Assembly: GCA_036785375.1 (NCBI GenBank)
Contig: JAWMAR010000105.1
Coordinates: forward strand, 1,798,001 to 1,862,000
From: Leucoraja ocellata
Lineage: Eukaryota
Length of the DNA stretch: 64,000 bases
Reading direction: 5' to 3'
Shown piece after piece: positions 63,947 to 64,000 of this stretch; within the stretch, counting starts at the first letter, position 1, and each line of letters starts with the position of its first letter. The translations under genes and the position numbers were made by a program. Under the pieces are notes generated by a model, which was given only the letters and a program-made list of their open reading frames with translations, had not been told where the DNA came from and made no database searches.

Positions 63947-64000
63947 TCTCTGTTCATAGGTAGTCATTCCTGTAACAGTTTAAAAAGTTGTTTTCAAAAG

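Overview
Eukaryotic, AT-rich vertebrate genomic DNA. The repeat families (V-SINE/HE1-type SINEs, CR1 and Rex/Babar LINEs, Penelope) suggest a cartilaginous fish such as a skate or ray; this is an inference. The window holds one complete protein-coding gene on the + strand, a Par-6 cell-polarity gene most like PARD6A. Its CDS joins 2487..2549, 3212..3434 and 54455..55302, giving 377 aa with PB1, semi-CRIB, PDZ and a C-terminal PDZ-binding motif. It has a CpG-island promoter and a 51-kb second intron. The rest is transposon-derived: Penelope-like element (PLE) remnants with GIY-YIG fragments, CR1, Rex/Babar, SINEs, a Helitron, and hAT, Harbinger and Tc1 MITEs. The most striking signal is a dense family of short PLE-terminus elements carrying a minimal hammerhead ribozyme motif (CUGANGA-A-stemII-GAAA-C-GUH). 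Many are inserted as TSD-flanked fold-back palindromes whose turning point lies in or next to the ribozyme. One holds, between its arms, an inverted copy of unique DNA lying about 570 bp downstream. An unrelated multi-hairpin palindromic element lies at about 49.5-49.8 kb. All calls were made by eye with no database search, so repeat boundaries are approximate.
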